A stretch of 55,403 nt of DNA. It comes from an uncultured Candidatus Actinomarina sp. (GTDB taxonomy: Bacteria; Actinomycetota; Acidimicrobiia; Actinomarinales; Actinomarinaceae). The position numbers and the translations under genes are program-made. Positions within the stretch are counted from its first letter, which is position 1, and every line of letters begins with the position of its first letter. The stretch is from contig CACOKA010000002.1 of the NCBI GenBank assembly GCA_902627635.1, positions 1-55,403 on the forward strand, in the 5' to 3' direction. Below, in pieces: positions 28,829 to 39,066 of the stretch. The notes beneath the pieces are model-generated. The model was not told the DNA's origin, ran no database searches, and saw nothing but the letters and a program-made list of their open reading frames with translations.

Positions 28829-29620
28829 TTGAGCGAAATTTTTTGGATTAATAAATTAAATATAAAACCCAAAAAAAATTTGGGACAAAACTTTTTAATT
28901 GATACAAATATCTCAAGAAAAATTACAAAACTAGTACAGGGTCAATTGGCAGATCCAATTATAGAAATTGGACCTGGAACAGGTTCACTAACTAATGAAT
29001 TACTAAAAGATAATTACAGGATTAAAGCTGTAGAAATTGATGATGCTTTGGTTGGCCTTCTTAATGAAAGGTTTCTTGATGTTCCCAATATAGAAGTTAT
29101 CAATGAAGACGCAATGGATTATGACTACACTCAATTATCTGGCCCATGGTGGATAATGGTTGGTAATTTGCCATACAATATTGGTACCCGATTATTGGTC
29201 AAGTTGATAACTGAAGTTCCACAAATACATCGATATGTTGTGATGCTTCAGGATGAAGTGGCAGAAAGAATGGTCGCAAAACCAAATACTAAGCAATATG
29301 GATCACTTTCTGTATTATGTGCATTATTTACTAATACAAAAATTCAGTTCAATGTAAGTAAAAATTGTTTTGAACCGAAACCAAAAATTTTATCAACAGT
29401 TTTAACAATACAAAGAGAAACTCTCATTGATGAAGAACTGAGATTGAAAGCTTTTGAAATCTCAAAAATTGCATTTCAACAAAAAAGAAAAAAAATAAAG
29501 ACAGCTTTATATGGGTATGTTGATAAAGAAACATCAGAGAAACTATCACTAAGTCTAGATCTAAGACCACAGGAATTAACTCCTGAAGACTACCTAGCAA
29601 TCGCGGAAAACTTAAAATGA
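28829..29620 (+). CDS. rsmA: 16S rRNA (adenine1518/1519-N6)-dimethyltransferase
   Basis: KKNLGQNFL, IEIGPGTGSLT SAM motif, GNLPYNI. TTG start. Confidence 0.9.
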   Translation: MSEIFWINKLNIKPKKNLGQNFLIDTNISRKITKLVQGQLADPIIEIGPGTGSLTNELLKDNYRIKAVEIDDALVGLLNERFLDVPNIEVINEDAMDYDYTQLSGPWWIMVGNLPYNIGTRLLVKLITEVPQIHRYVVMLQDEVAERMVAKPNTKQYGSLSVLCALFTNTKIQFNVSKNCFEPKPKILSTVLTIQRETLIDEELRLKAFEISKIAFQQKRKKIKTALYGYVDKETSEKLSLSLDLRPQELTPEDYLAIAENLK

Positions 29621-30441
29621 AAATTAAATCGTTTGGAAAAATAAATCTAAACCTAAGAGTGTTAGATGAAGTAATTAATGGACTTCACAAAATTGAGTCT
29701 TTAATAATTCCAATTGATTTTTATGATGTTATTGAGATCAAAGAGATCGATAATGATAAGGATATTATCACTTTTGACTCAACAGATATCCCAGATAACA
29801 ATACGGTCTCTAAAACTCTAGATTTAATCAGAAAAACTAATGATTTTTCACAATATTTTGAAATAAATATAATTAAAAATATTCCTACAGAATCTGGCTT
29901 AGGTGGCGGAAGTTCTAACGCAGGGACAATAATTTCAAAGCTGTCTCAAACATATGACCTATCTATTCCATCTAATAAAGATGTTGTAGAGAAAATTGGT
30001 AGTGATGTACCTTTTTTTATAACTGGTAAGCCAGCGTTTGTGAAAGGAGTCGGTGATATTATCGAACCTAAAACAATCGATTTTGAAATGAATATGTTAC
30101 TCGTAGTACCTAAAGAGACTATCACAACAGGAGATGCATTTTCTGAATTTGATAGACATGGAAATACTTCAACGATATTAGACATTTATAACGGTATAGA
30201 AATATTTAATGACTTCTGGAATGCATCTTCAACAATTGAACCTAAATTAATAAAAGTAAAAGATTATTTAGAATCAACAACAGGGGAGAGATTCTTTTTG
30301 TCTGGAAGCGGTAGTTCAATGTTTTGTTTGGGCACTTTAGAGAACCTACAAAAAAAGATTGACCTTATAGACGAGAACCAATTTAGAATTGTAAAAGTAG
30401 TAAAAAAAATTGATTTTAGTTTGGAAACAATTTCGGATTAG
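29617..30441 (+). CDS. ispE: 4-diphosphocytidyl-2-C-methyl-D-erythritol kinase
   Basis: KINLNLRV N-terminus, GHMP-kinase motif IPTESGLGGGSSNA. Confidence 0.85.
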   Translation: MKIKSFGKINLNLRVLDEVINGLHKIESLIIPIDFYDVIEIKEIDNDKDIITFDSTDIPDNNTVSKTLDLIRKTNDFSQYFEINIIKNIPTESGLGGGSSNAGTIISKLSQTYDLSIPSNKDVVEKIGSDVPFFITGKPAFVKGVGDIIEPKTIDFEMNMLLVVPKETITTGDAFSEFDRHGNTSTILDIYNGIEIFNDFWNASSTIEPKLIKVKDYLESTTGERFFLSGSGSSMFCLGTLENLQKKIDLIDENQFRIVKVVKKIDFSLETISD

Positions 30442-30456
30442 AATTAAGACAAGTAA

Positions 30457-30531
30457 TGGGGGATGGTGTAATTGGCAACACATTGGGTTTTGGTCCCAAC
30501 GTTGAGGGTTCGAGTCCTTCTCCCCCAGCCA
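30457..30531 (+). tRNA. tRNA-Gln (anticodon UUG)
   Basis: Cloverleaf drawn by hand. Acceptor UGGGGGA pairs with UCCCCCA. Anticodon stem TTGGG/CCCAA has loop TT-TTG-GT, with the anticodon at 30490-30492. T-arm is GGTTCGAGTCC and CCA is encoded. Confidence 0.9.
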
Positions 30532-30539
30532 AAAATTAA

Positions 30540-31913
30540 ATGAGTATTTCAGGTGTAATTTTAGCTGCTGGTCAAGGGACAAGAATGAAGTCCTCTCTTC
30601 CAAAAGTTCTTCATAATGTATTAGGAATCCCTATGATTGTTTATGCTCAAGAAGCAATTAGTCATTTTGATAATAAATATGTAGTTGTTGGACATCAATC
30701 AGAAAAAGTATCCTCAACATTATCTGAAACTTTTATTCCAGTTGTACAAAAAGAACAGCTTGGTACAGGTCATGCTATTTCTACATTATTAGAGAGCAGT
30801 GAGTTTAATAGTGACCAAAGTCAATACCTAGTCGTGATTCCAGGTGATGTTCCTTTAATAAGAAAAAAAGATATAGATAAATTAGTAAATGATGTTGTAG
30901 AAAGTAATGCCGCAATTGGATTAATTTCAGCAAATGTTCAAAATCCGTTTGGGTATGGAAGAATTGTAAAAAACAATGAAGAGTTTGAAAAGATAATTGA
31001 AGAATCGGATGCTAGTGAAACTGAGAAACTCATCAATGAAATTAATTCTGGAATATATTGTATAGATATAAATTTCTTAAATTCGAATATTGGAAGTTTA
31101 GAAAGTTCAAATAATCAAAAAGAGTTTTACCTTACAGATTTAATAAATATAGCTTTTCAAAACAAACTTGAAAGGGTTATAGTACAAGTAAATGAAGATT
31201 CAATACAAGGTATAAATTCCATGAGTCAGCTGAATGATGTTGAGAACACGCTACGTAAAGAATTAATTGAATCTCATATGGAAAATGGTGTATATTTTCA
31301 AGATCCAAATTCAACATACATAGATAAATCTGTTGAGATAGCCTCAGGAGCGAAAATTCTCGCTAATTGTCATTTAACTGGAACAACAAATATTGAAAAA
31401 GATTGTGTCATCGGACCAAACTCAATAATTAATGATTCAAAAATAGGGGAGGGCTCCATTGTTCAATTTTCAGTTATTGATGAAGCTGAAATAAAAGGTA
31501 AAGCAAATATTGGTCCTTATGCTCATTTAAGAAAAGGATCTGTTCTTGATGAAAATGTAAAAGTTGGAGCTTTTGCAGAAACAAAAAATTCAAAAATTGG
31601 AAAAGGTAGTAAGGTACCCCATCTTGCCTATGTTGGAGATGCAGAGTTAGAAGAAGATGTAAATTTTTCAGCTGGAGCAATAACAGTAAATTATGACGGT
31701 AAAGAAAAACATAAAACTGAAATAAAGAAAAATGCATTTGTAGGTTCAGATACAATGCTTGTTGCTCCTGTAACTATTGGCGAGGGAGCTATGGTAGGTG
31801 CTGGGTCTGTAATTACAAAAGATGTTCCTGCAGGAGCTCTTGGTATTGAAAGAAACGATCAAAAAAACATTGAGGGCTACATGGATCGAAAGAATAAAAA
31901 AGGAAAGAAATGA
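30540..31913 (+). CDS. glmU: Bifunctional UDP-GlcNAc pyrophosphorylase / GlcN-1-P acetyltransferase
   Basis: ILAAGQGTRMKS N-terminus and C-terminal left-handed beta-helix hexapeptide repeats. Confidence 0.9.
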   Translation: MSISGVILAAGQGTRMKSSLPKVLHNVLGIPMIVYAQEAISHFDNKYVVVGHQSEKVSSTLSETFIPVVQKEQLGTGHAISTLLESSEFNSDQSQYLVVIPGDVPLIRKKDIDKLVNDVVESNAAIGLISANVQNPFGYGRIVKNNEEFEKIIEESDASETEKLINEINSGIYCIDINFLNSNIGSLESSNNQKEFYLTDLINIAFQNKLERVIVQVNEDSIQGINSMSQLNDVENTLRKELIESHMENGVYFQDPNSTYIDKSVEIASGAKILANCHLTGTTNIEKDCVIGPNSIINDSKIGEGSIVQFSVIDEAEIKGKANIGPYAHLRKGSVLDENVKVGAFAETKNSKIGKGSKVPHLAYVGDAELEEDVNFSAGAITVNYDGKEKHKTEIKKNAFVGSDTMLVAPVTIGEGAMVGAGSVITKDVPAGALGIERNDQKNIEGYMDRKNKKGKK

Positions 31914-32887
31914 TTGAAAGAGCCGGCAAAAAGAAAATGCTCTTATTTTCAGGTTCATCAAATGCCGAGCTAGCTGATAAAGTTGCAAAAGAACTTGGAA
32001 CCGAACTTGCCGAAGTTGATAAAACTCAATTTGCAAATGGAGAAATTTATATACGTCTACAAGAAAGTGTTCGTGGTGCTGATTGTTTTGTAATGCAAAG
32101 CCACTCAGGCCAAGTTAACTTTACAATTATGGAACAGCTTTTAATTGTAGATGCTTTGAAAAGAGCGTCTGCAAAGAGAATTACTGCTGTGCTTCCTTTT
32201 TATCCATATTCAAGACAAGATAAAAAAGCACTACCAAGAGAGCCAATTTCAGCTCGATTAGTTGCTGACTTATTTATTGCAGCTGGAGCAGATAGGATTG
32301 TTTCCATTGATTTACACACTCAACAAATTCAAGGATTTATAGATCAGCCATTTGATCACTTGACAGCTATGCCACTATTTGTAAATTATTTCAAAGAAAA
32401 ATTTCAAGAGCCTATAACAATAATTTCTCCTGATGCTGGAGGGGTGAGGAGAGCTACAACTTTTGCAAAAAATATGGAGGCTTACGTTGGTTTTGTACAC
32501 AAGAAGAGAGATCCAAAGATACATAATGAAGTTAAAGCATTTACAGTTATCGGTGAAGTCGAGGATCGACACGCAATTTTATTTGATGACATAATTGACA
32601 CAGGAGGAACAATTGCCGCTGCATCAAGAGCTTTAATTGAAAGAGGTGCAAAATCTGTAAGCGTAGCAGCAACTCATGGAATTTTTTCAGACGAAAGTGT
32701 GGAAAAACTTAAAGATACTCCCATTGAAGAAATTGTTGTGACAGATACTCTTAAACAAAATGGAAATATTGAAAAAATTGGAAATGTAAACATTCTCTCC
32801 GTTTCCTCTATTATTGCAACGGCACTAACATCTATTTTTGCGGATGATTCAGTCTCCGCAATATTTATGGGTGAAAACGTTTTATAA
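31910..32887 (+). CDS. prs: Ribose-phosphate pyrophosphokinase
   Basis: YSRQDKK, DLHTQQIQGF, and the PRPP-binding motif ILFDDIIDTGGT. Confidence 0.9.
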   Translation: MIERAGKKKMLLFSGSSNAELADKVAKELGTELAEVDKTQFANGEIYIRLQESVRGADCFVMQSHSGQVNFTIMEQLLIVDALKRASAKRITAVLPFYPYSRQDKKALPREPISARLVADLFIAAGADRIVSIDLHTQQIQGFIDQPFDHLTAMPLFVNYFKEKFQEPITIISPDAGGVRRATTFAKNMEAYVGFVHKKRDPKIHNEVKAFTVIGEVEDRHAILFDDIIDTGGTIAAASRALIERGAKSVSVAATHGIFSDESVEKLKDTPIEEIVVTDTLKQNGNIEKIGNVNILSVSSIIATALTSIFADDSVSAIFMGENVL

Positions 32888-32896
32888 GGAGATATT

Positions 32897-33121
32897 GTGG
32901 CTAAGCAAAAAGTAAAAATCGCACTACTTGGTTCAATGAAAGAATTTCAGACCGAAGTTGATGATAAGAAAAAATTTACAAAAGAAATTGAAGAGCTAAT
33001 TCAAAACGGTGGAATGTATTGGATCAAAGATGAAGATGGTGAGATAGGGATAAATGCAAAACAAATACATTCTATTGAGTTTGTAGATGATACCGATAAA
33101 AGGGAAGCGGGCTTAGTCTAG
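32897..33121 (+). CDS. DUF3107-like small protein
   Basis: 74 aa. The layout (VKIALLGSMKEFQTEV...IHSIEFVD...GL) resembles the actinobacterial DUF3107 family from memory. Confidence 0.5.
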   Translation: MAKQKVKIALLGSMKEFQTEVDDKKKFTKEIEELIQNGGMYWIKDEDGEIGINAKQIHSIEFVDDTDKREAGLV

Positions 33122-33402
33122 GATGACACAAGAGTACCTGTTTTTTTGTACTCTCTTCTAATTGATTTTCTCTCGTCTTCTGTTGCTCCGCCCCAAACAC
33201 CAGAATCTTGATTTGTACGAATAGCATATTCTAAACATTCAATTTTTACATCACATTCATTACAAATTGCTTTTGCTTCAGCAGCTTGTTTCAGTGCTTT
33301 CATAGACGAACCAACTGGAAAAAATAGATCGGGATCTGCGAAAACGCATGCTCCCTCTTGCATCCAAACTTCTTGCTCTAAGTCAAAATTTACTATTTGC
33401 AC
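33118..33402 (-). CDS. whiB: WhiB-family (WhiB1-like) Fe-S transcription factor
   Basis: VWMQEGACVFADPDLFFPVG...AKAICNECDVKIECLEYAI...DSGVWGG has the four WhiB cysteines and the GVWGG turn. I prefer the GTG start at 33402, preceded by AAGGA five nt upstream. The listed ATG at 33477 is an alternative. Confidence 0.85.
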   Translation of the reverse strand: MQIVNFDLEQEVWMQEGACVFADPDLFFPVGSSMKALKQAAEAKAICNECDVKIECLEYAIRTNQDSGVWGGATEDERKSIRREYKKTGTLVSS

Positions 33403-33478
33403 ATTATTCCTTACTTTGTGAATTGTTTCACAATCTAGTGAATTTATTGTACTAAAATTGGTAACATAAGGGAGCATT

Positions 33479-34117
33479 TTGAGAAAAATTTTTGGTCATA
33501 GAGGTTTACCGCAAATTTACATCGAAAACACTATAAAAAGCCTTAATAAAGCCCTTGAAATATGCGATTTTGTCGAAACTGATATACGTATAACTAAAGA
33601 TGAGCAACTCATTTTTTATCACGATCCAACAATTGAAAACAAAAAAATTGAGGAATTAACATTATCAGAAATTAAAACGTTTATTGACATTGATATTTCT
33701 GAAATTCATTTTGTATCACGAGATCAAATCAAAGGACGTGCAAATTTTGAATTAAAGGTTAATAAAGAAGAAAGTGAATTAAATAAAATATTCATAAATA
33801 AGGTTACAAATCTTACCAAACAAGATGATATTATTTCGTCTTTTGACTGGGAGACAATACTTAACAATAGAGAAAACTTTAAATCTAGGTATGGAATATT
33901 GATTGATAAAGAGAATCAGCTTTTTGAAAGCAAAGCGATATCCAATTTAGATCCAAAGTTAATGTTTATGGTTGAGAAGGAAATATTTTATTCAAGAAAT
34001 TTTGAATTACCAAAAGAGAGATGTGTTGTTTGGACTGTTAATGATAGTGACGAGATTATGAATATTTTAAATATGAATGTATATGGTGTAGTCACAGATA
34101 TTGGTGATAAACTTTAG
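33479..34117 (+). CDS. Glycerophosphodiester phosphodiesterase-family protein
   Basis: FGHRG...ENT...ETDIRITKD...HD motifs at the N-terminus. TTG start. Confidence 0.7.
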   Translation: MRKIFGHRGLPQIYIENTIKSLNKALEICDFVETDIRITKDEQLIFYHDPTIENKKIEELTLSEIKTFIDIDISEIHFVSRDQIKGRANFELKVNKEESELNKIFINKVTNLTKQDDIISSFDWETILNNRENFKSRYGILIDKENQLFESKAISNLDPKLMFMVEKEIFYSRNFELPKERCVVWTVNDSDEIMNILNMNVYGVVTDIGDKL

Positions 34118-34136
34118 ATTGACAGAAAGAGAGATT

Positions 34137-34583
34137 ATGGCTTTAGCCGATGATTTAAGTGCAGCTTTGAAAGAAGCAATGAAAGCAAAAGATAAACCAA
34201 AACTTGATGCTATTAGACAAATTCAAACTGAGATAGCAAAAAAGAAAGCTGAAAAAGGTGAAGAGGTTAATGATGAGCTTGTGCTTGGAGTCATTTCCTC
34301 ATATGTAAAAAAAATGGCAAAAGCTGTAGAGGAGTATCAGTCGCTTGGTGAAAAAGGTGTTGATATGGCTAACAAAATTCAATTTGAAATAGATTTCCTA
34401 AGTACATATCTACCTGAACAACTTAGCGAGGACGAAGTTGAAAAAATAGTTGATGATGTCTTGACTGAATTAGGAGATGTAGATATTTCACAAATGGGAA
34501 GAGTAATCGGTGCAGTTATGGCAAAAGGTGATGGCATAGATGGATCGGTAGTGAGTAAAATAGTTAAACAAAAGCTCACTTAA
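34137..34583 (+). CDS. GatB/YqeY-domain protein
   Basis: LSAALKEAMKAKDKPKLDAIRQI is typical of YqeY. ATG at 34137 has an AAAGAGAG RBS-like tract and gives the usual ~148 aa. The listed 34101 start overlaps the upstream gene. Confidence 0.75.
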   Translation: MALADDLSAALKEAMKAKDKPKLDAIRQIQTEIAKKKAEKGEEVNDELVLGVISSYVKKMAKAVEEYQSLGEKGVDMANKIQFEIDFLSTYLPEQLSEDEVEKIVDDVLTELGDVDISQMGRVIGAVMAKGDGIDGSVVSKIVKQKLT

Positions 34584-34715
34584 ATTATTTGAAATAGAAC
34601 GTTACCTAAAATACAATTTTTTTCTATGGGTTTGAGAGTATTTACTTTTTTTATTTTTGTATTTTCTGGATATATACCACCTACAATTAATCTTGTTGAC
34701 TTTAATGTGTAAAAA

Positions 34716-35654
34716 ATGTTAAGAAAGTATTTTGTTGTCTTAATCTTGTTAGCTGCATGTTCACAAAATGTAGACACCACAACTCAAGAAATTACTAATA
34801 ATGGTGGTGGACAAAATGTTGATGATTTGGATTTAGAAACTGACAAACTATCAACAACTATTCAAGATAATTTAAAGCAAGCAGCTGACAGAGCTTTAAA
34901 ATCTCTTGACAGATTAATTATTGAGGATCCTCTAGCTGCTTCTAGTTCCACAACTCCTACAACTATTCCAGTCACTTCATCCACTACTATTCCAGAAACT
35001 ACTTCAATACCAATAACTACTGAAACTCCACCACCGACAGATCCAATAGAAAATATAATTACAATGCATACACCTTCTGAAAGAATTGGAACACTCTACG
35101 AAAAATTTGGATATAAAGATTTTATTGATCGATTTCCTGGCTACGAAGGAGATGAAAAAGCAAATTTACTGATTCAAATTGCTGTAAATCAATTACCAGA
35201 TACATTTAGAACAATGATTAAAGAAGAGATAATTGTTCTCAATGGCTGTCATCCATATGGACAAAAGCTCTTTGATAAATGCGTATATGGAGTTTTTGAT
35301 CCTGTTGGTTATGACGGGGAAGGTAATTATGGAAACGATTGGTCACAATCAATTTGGATTTCAGATAGAGGTCTTACATCTGGATACTTAAATGACATAC
35401 TTCTTCATGAATCAGCTCATGCGTATTCATTTTTAACATTGAGAACATGCAAACTCCCAGGTGGGGAGAGTTATAGAAACTTAGCCCATGAAAAATTTGG
35501 AGGAGAGGAAAATTTAGCTGATATTTTTGTTTACTATTTTGGAGGTAAATGGACAAACTACATAGATTTAGAGATTTTATCAATGAGTGATCGTAAATGG
35601 ATTGCTGAAATGATTTCATATTGCGATTTATATAAATTAGAGAAAAATCTTTAA
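34716..35654 (+). CDS. Lipoprotein with a Thr/Pro-rich linker and a Cys-rich HExxH domain (paralog of 53558-54427)
   Basis: Lipobox LLAAC, linker SSSTTPTTIPVTSSTTIPETTSIPITTETPPPT, and domain motifs NGCHPYG...CVYGVFD...LLHESAHAYSF. Confidence 0.65.
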   Translation: MLRKYFVVLILLAACSQNVDTTTQEITNNGGGQNVDDLDLETDKLSTTIQDNLKQAADRALKSLDRLIIEDPLAASSSTTPTTIPVTSSTTIPETTSIPITTETPPPTDPIENIITMHTPSERIGTLYEKFGYKDFIDRFPGYEGDEKANLLIQIAVNQLPDTFRTMIKEEIIVLNGCHPYGQKLFDKCVYGVFDPVGYDGEGNYGNDWSQSIWISDRGLTSGYLNDILLHESAHAYSFLTLRTCKLPGGESYRNLAHEKFGGEENLADIFVYYFGGKWTNYIDLEILSMSDRKWIAEMISYCDLYKLEKNL

Positions 35655-35737
35655 ATGACACCTTTGAGAAAAATACTCAAAAAGTCATGAATAAAAAACT
35701 GTTGTTTCAATCTGAATAACATTTATCCTTACTAAAT

Positions 35738-36994
35738 ATGGAAAATAATAGGTTTAATGTTGCTGTGTTAGGTGCTGGAAATATTGGTTCAGCAGTTATC
35801 ACACGTCTTCTTGATCTAGACAAAGGAATAGTTGGATTAAATGTAAAAAAGGTTTTAGTAAAAGATAAAAGTAAAAAGAGAGCAATCTCAGCTGATATAT
35901 TAGTTGATAATTTTGAGGATATTCTAAATGACGACTCAATTGACTTAGTAATTGAGGTACTCGGTGGAATTGATCCTGGAAAAGAGTATATAGGTGCATT
36001 ACTTAAAAAAGGAAAAGCCGTTATTACAGCAAACAAAGATATCATTGCTGATGCGGGTGTTGATTTAATTCAAACTGCAAAAGAAAATAATTCATGTCTT
36101 TATTTTGAAGCAGCTGTGGCTGCTGGAATTCCAGTCCTAAAACCGCTCATTGAAAGTCTCAGAGGTGAAGAATTGTCCAAAGTTTTAGGAATAATTAATG
36201 GAACCAGTAATTACATGCTTACTTCAATGGAAGAGGGAAGTTCTTATGATGATGCATTATCAACTGCACAAGAACTCGGATATGCAGAACCCGATCCGAC
36301 AAATGATGTTGAGGGATTAGATGCAAAATACAAAGCTGTGATTCTATCACTTCTTTGTTTTGGAGTCTCTCCGAGTTCGGATGAACTATTTACTGATGGA
36401 ATTTCTGGAATTACGAAAGAAGATTTCGAATGGGCAGCAAGATTAGGAAAGACAATTAAGTTGGTTGCACAGATCGATAATAAGGATGGCTTTAATGCAA
36501 GGGTTCATCCGGTATTAATTGATATGAAACACCCTCTAGCTGCAATAAGAGGAGCATTAAATGCAGTTGTTGTTGAGGGAGAAAATATCAATCAGTTGGT
36601 GTTTTCAGGACCAGGTGCGGGTGCAGAACCTACAGCAAGTGCAATTATTGGAGATGTCTTAAGTGCATGCCATCAATTAAGTTCCAATCAAACAAATTGG
36701 TATCCTTTAAGAGAATTTAAAGGTGAGATGAAAAGTTTTGAGGATGTTGAATCAAGTATGTTTATTAGGCTTTCTGTTAATGATGAACCCGGAGTTTTAG
36801 CAAAAATATCTGGAACCTTTGGAGAGAATAACGTAAGCATTGAAAGTGTAATCCAAGAGGGAAGGGGAGATAAAGCAGAACTTGTTTTAGTTACCCATGA
36901 AGCACCTGAAAAAGATATAAAGAACTCTATTGATCAAATTTCAGCATTAGATTCCGTCACAACTGTGACCTCAACACTTCGCGTATACGTCTAA
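35738..36994 (+). CDS. hom: Homoserine dehydrogenase
   Basis: VAVLGAGNIGSAV NAD motif, a catalytic domain, and a C-terminal ACT domain. Followed by thrC. Confidence 0.9.
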   Translation: MENNRFNVAVLGAGNIGSAVITRLLDLDKGIVGLNVKKVLVKDKSKKRAISADILVDNFEDILNDDSIDLVIEVLGGIDPGKEYIGALLKKGKAVITANKDIIADAGVDLIQTAKENNSCLYFEAAVAAGIPVLKPLIESLRGEELSKVLGIINGTSNYMLTSMEEGSSYDDALSTAQELGYAEPDPTNDVEGLDAKYKAVILSLLCFGVSPSSDELFTDGISGITKEDFEWAARLGKTIKLVAQIDNKDGFNARVHPVLIDMKHPLAAIRGALNAVVVEGENINQLVFSGPGAGAEPTASAIIGDVLSACHQLSSNQTNWYPLREFKGEMKSFEDVESSMFIRLSVNDEPGVLAKISGTFGENNVSIESVIQEGRGDKAELVLVTHEAPEKDIKNSIDQISALDSVTTVTSTLRVYV

Positions 36995-38320
36995 GTGGTA
37001 CAGTATCAATCAACAAGAGGATATGAAGAGAAAATCTCTTTTGAGGATATTATTCTTTCGGGATTAGCACCGGATAAAGGCCTTTATTTACCTGATTCGC
37101 TAACAATTGATAACCTCAATCATTTAACAGAAGAGGACTTAAGTTATGAGGATTTTGTTAAAACCATCTTTATTGCACTTGATAAAAATTCTGCGAAATA
37201 TGTTGAAGATTTATCAATTTATTCAGGATTTGAAAGCTCGCCAACACCAACATTAAAAAAAATAGAGGAAAACAAATATGTGATGGAGCTATTTCATGGG
37301 CCAACAAAATCCTTTAAAGACTATGCTCTTCAACCCCTAGGCGCAATAGCAGACAGACGCTTAGGTGAGATTGGAGAAAAAGGCATGGTAATTGTTGCTA
37401 CCAGTGGAGATACTGGCAGTGCTGCAATTCAAGCAGTAAAGAATTCAAAAAATATTGACATTGTTGTACTTCATCCACATAACAAAGTGAGTGAATACCA
37501 GAGACGACAAATGACTGAGGTAATTCAAGACAATGTTTTGAACATAGCTATAGAAGGTTCTTATGATGATTGTCAAAAAATTGTAAAGAAACTTTTACAA
37601 AGTAATTCATTCAACAGAAAAGTTGTCTCATTAAATTCTATAAACTGGCTTCGAGTGATGGGTCAAACTGCTTATTATGTTTGGCTTACAAAGCAGTTTT
37701 CATCTCCAATTAATATTGCCATACCATCAGGAAATTTTGGAAATGCCTATTCTGCTTGGTTTGGAAGAGATAACGGTCTATCAATAAATGAAATATTTTG
37801 TGCCTCAAATGTTAATGATGTTTTAACTAGATTTATCTCTACAGGAAAATTAGAGCCTAAAGAAACCATACCCTCAGTTGCTCCGAGTATGGATATTCAA
37901 ATCCCTTCCAGCCTAGAGAGATTGATTTACAATTTTGAAGGTGATGCTTCATCGTTTTATGATCAGCTACAAAATGAGAAAATCGCAAAACTTTCGGAGG
38001 AGTCAGTTGTTAGGTTACAAAACATTTTCTCTTCCCTATCTTTTAATGACGAAATGATTTTAAAAGAGATTGATTTATTTTATAAAAATTATGGATGGGT
38101 AATTGATCCGCACACTGCAACGGCATTATCATCAAGTGTTACTTTTTCTTCTACCCTTCCAGTAGTCGGGGTAGCGACTGCTTCACCAGAAAAATTTAGT
38201 GATGTAATTTCTAAAACAATTGATGAATTTAGAGTTGAAAATACAAAAAATGAAGAAAAATATTTTGTGGAAAAAGCCAATTCATCATTGGTTGAAAATA
38301 CAATCAAAGAGTGTTTATAA
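36995..38320 (+). CDS. thrC: Threonine synthase
   Basis: YQSTRG N-terminus, PLP-lysine region GPTKSFKD, GTG start. Confidence 0.9.
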   Translation: MVQYQSTRGYEEKISFEDIILSGLAPDKGLYLPDSLTIDNLNHLTEEDLSYEDFVKTIFIALDKNSAKYVEDLSIYSGFESSPTPTLKKIEENKYVMELFHGPTKSFKDYALQPLGAIADRRLGEIGEKGMVIVATSGDTGSAAIQAVKNSKNIDIVVLHPHNKVSEYQRRQMTEVIQDNVLNIAIEGSYDDCQKIVKKLLQSNSFNRKVVSLNSINWLRVMGQTAYYVWLTKQFSSPINIAIPSGNFGNAYSAWFGRDNGLSINEIFCASNVNDVLTRFISTGKLEPKETIPSVAPSMDIQIPSSLERLIYNFEGDASSFYDQLQNEKIAKLSEESVVRLQNIFSSLSFNDEMILKEIDLFYKNYGWVIDPHTATALSSSVTFSSTLPVVGVATASPEKFSDVISKTIDEFRVENTKNEEKYFVEKANSSLVENTIKECL

Positions 38321-38364
38321 AAAAAATATTTAAAAAGATTATATTCATGGATTAATATCTGCCT

Positions 38365-38982
38365 ATGACTTCTATAAGAGACGGAAGAGCATTAAGGCAA
38401 CAAAATATTTACGACCTTAATAGGGAAAGACTGATCAATACAGCAGTTCAAGTAATTAATGAAGTTGGAGACATAAGGGAAGTAACTTTAACACAGATTG
38501 CTAAAGAGGCTGGAGTATCACCTGCAACTGCATATAACCATTTTCCTGAAAGGATGGAGGATGTGTATTCAGCTATAGTGCATTCAAAAATGGATGTTGC
38601 TGCAAATATGGGAGCAACAATTCTAGATGAGTCTTTAAGTTCTATTGAAAAAATAAAACAGATCCCTGTAACTTACGCTGAAAGTTTAATCAGCCTTGGG
38701 TACACAGGCAAGGTTCTAATAACTCAAATGTTTAATTTAATCAAAGTTGATAAATGGTTAGACCAAGACCCAGTGCAGGCTATTTCAGCGTTATTAAACA
38801 CAACTGATGAATACAAAGATCAGGCAGATGAAATTGCCCTAAATATTGCAACCGCATTCAGAGGAGCGATGTTCGAGTATGCTTTGAATATTGGCGATCA
38901 AGTACTTTTTAATAGATATACAGATGAATATTTCCTCAAAACTTCTGAAAAACTTGTAGACAATATTCTCAAACAGTACTGA
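38365..38982 (+). CDS. TetR-family transcriptional regulator
   Basis: N-terminal HTH LTQIAKEAGVSPATAYNHFP; ~200 aa, all-helical. Confidence 0.8.
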   Translation: MTSIRDGRALRQQNIYDLNRERLINTAVQVINEVGDIREVTLTQIAKEAGVSPATAYNHFPERMEDVYSAIVHSKMDVAANMGATILDESLSSIEKIKQIPVTYAESLISLGYTGKVLITQMFNLIKVDKWLDQDPVQAISALLNTTDEYKDQADEIALNIATAFRGAMFEYALNIGDQVLFNRYTDEYFLKTSEKLVDNILKQY

Positions 38983-39066
38983 TACACCCTTAAAACCCTA
39001 AATGAGGGAAAAAATTATTAACCAATGAACTTTACTTTTAATGGATTCTAGTTAAACTGAAATAAG

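Noticed and set aside
30346-30603. 85-aa minus-strand ORF
   Set aside because: It spans tRNA-Gln and the ends of ispE and glmU, so it is an artefact of ORF calling.
34594-34627. A TAGAA...TTCTA inverted pair upstream of the 34716 paralog, as another copy of the operon-flanking element
   Set aside because: Only 6-bp arms with a 22-nt gap. Pentamers like TAGAA are expected by chance many times in AT-rich DNA, so this is not significant on its own.
38990-39012. CCCT-aaatg-AGGG hairpin after the TetR gene, as a terminator
   Set aside because: The stem is only 4 bp and is followed by an A-tract rather than a T-tract on the coding strand.
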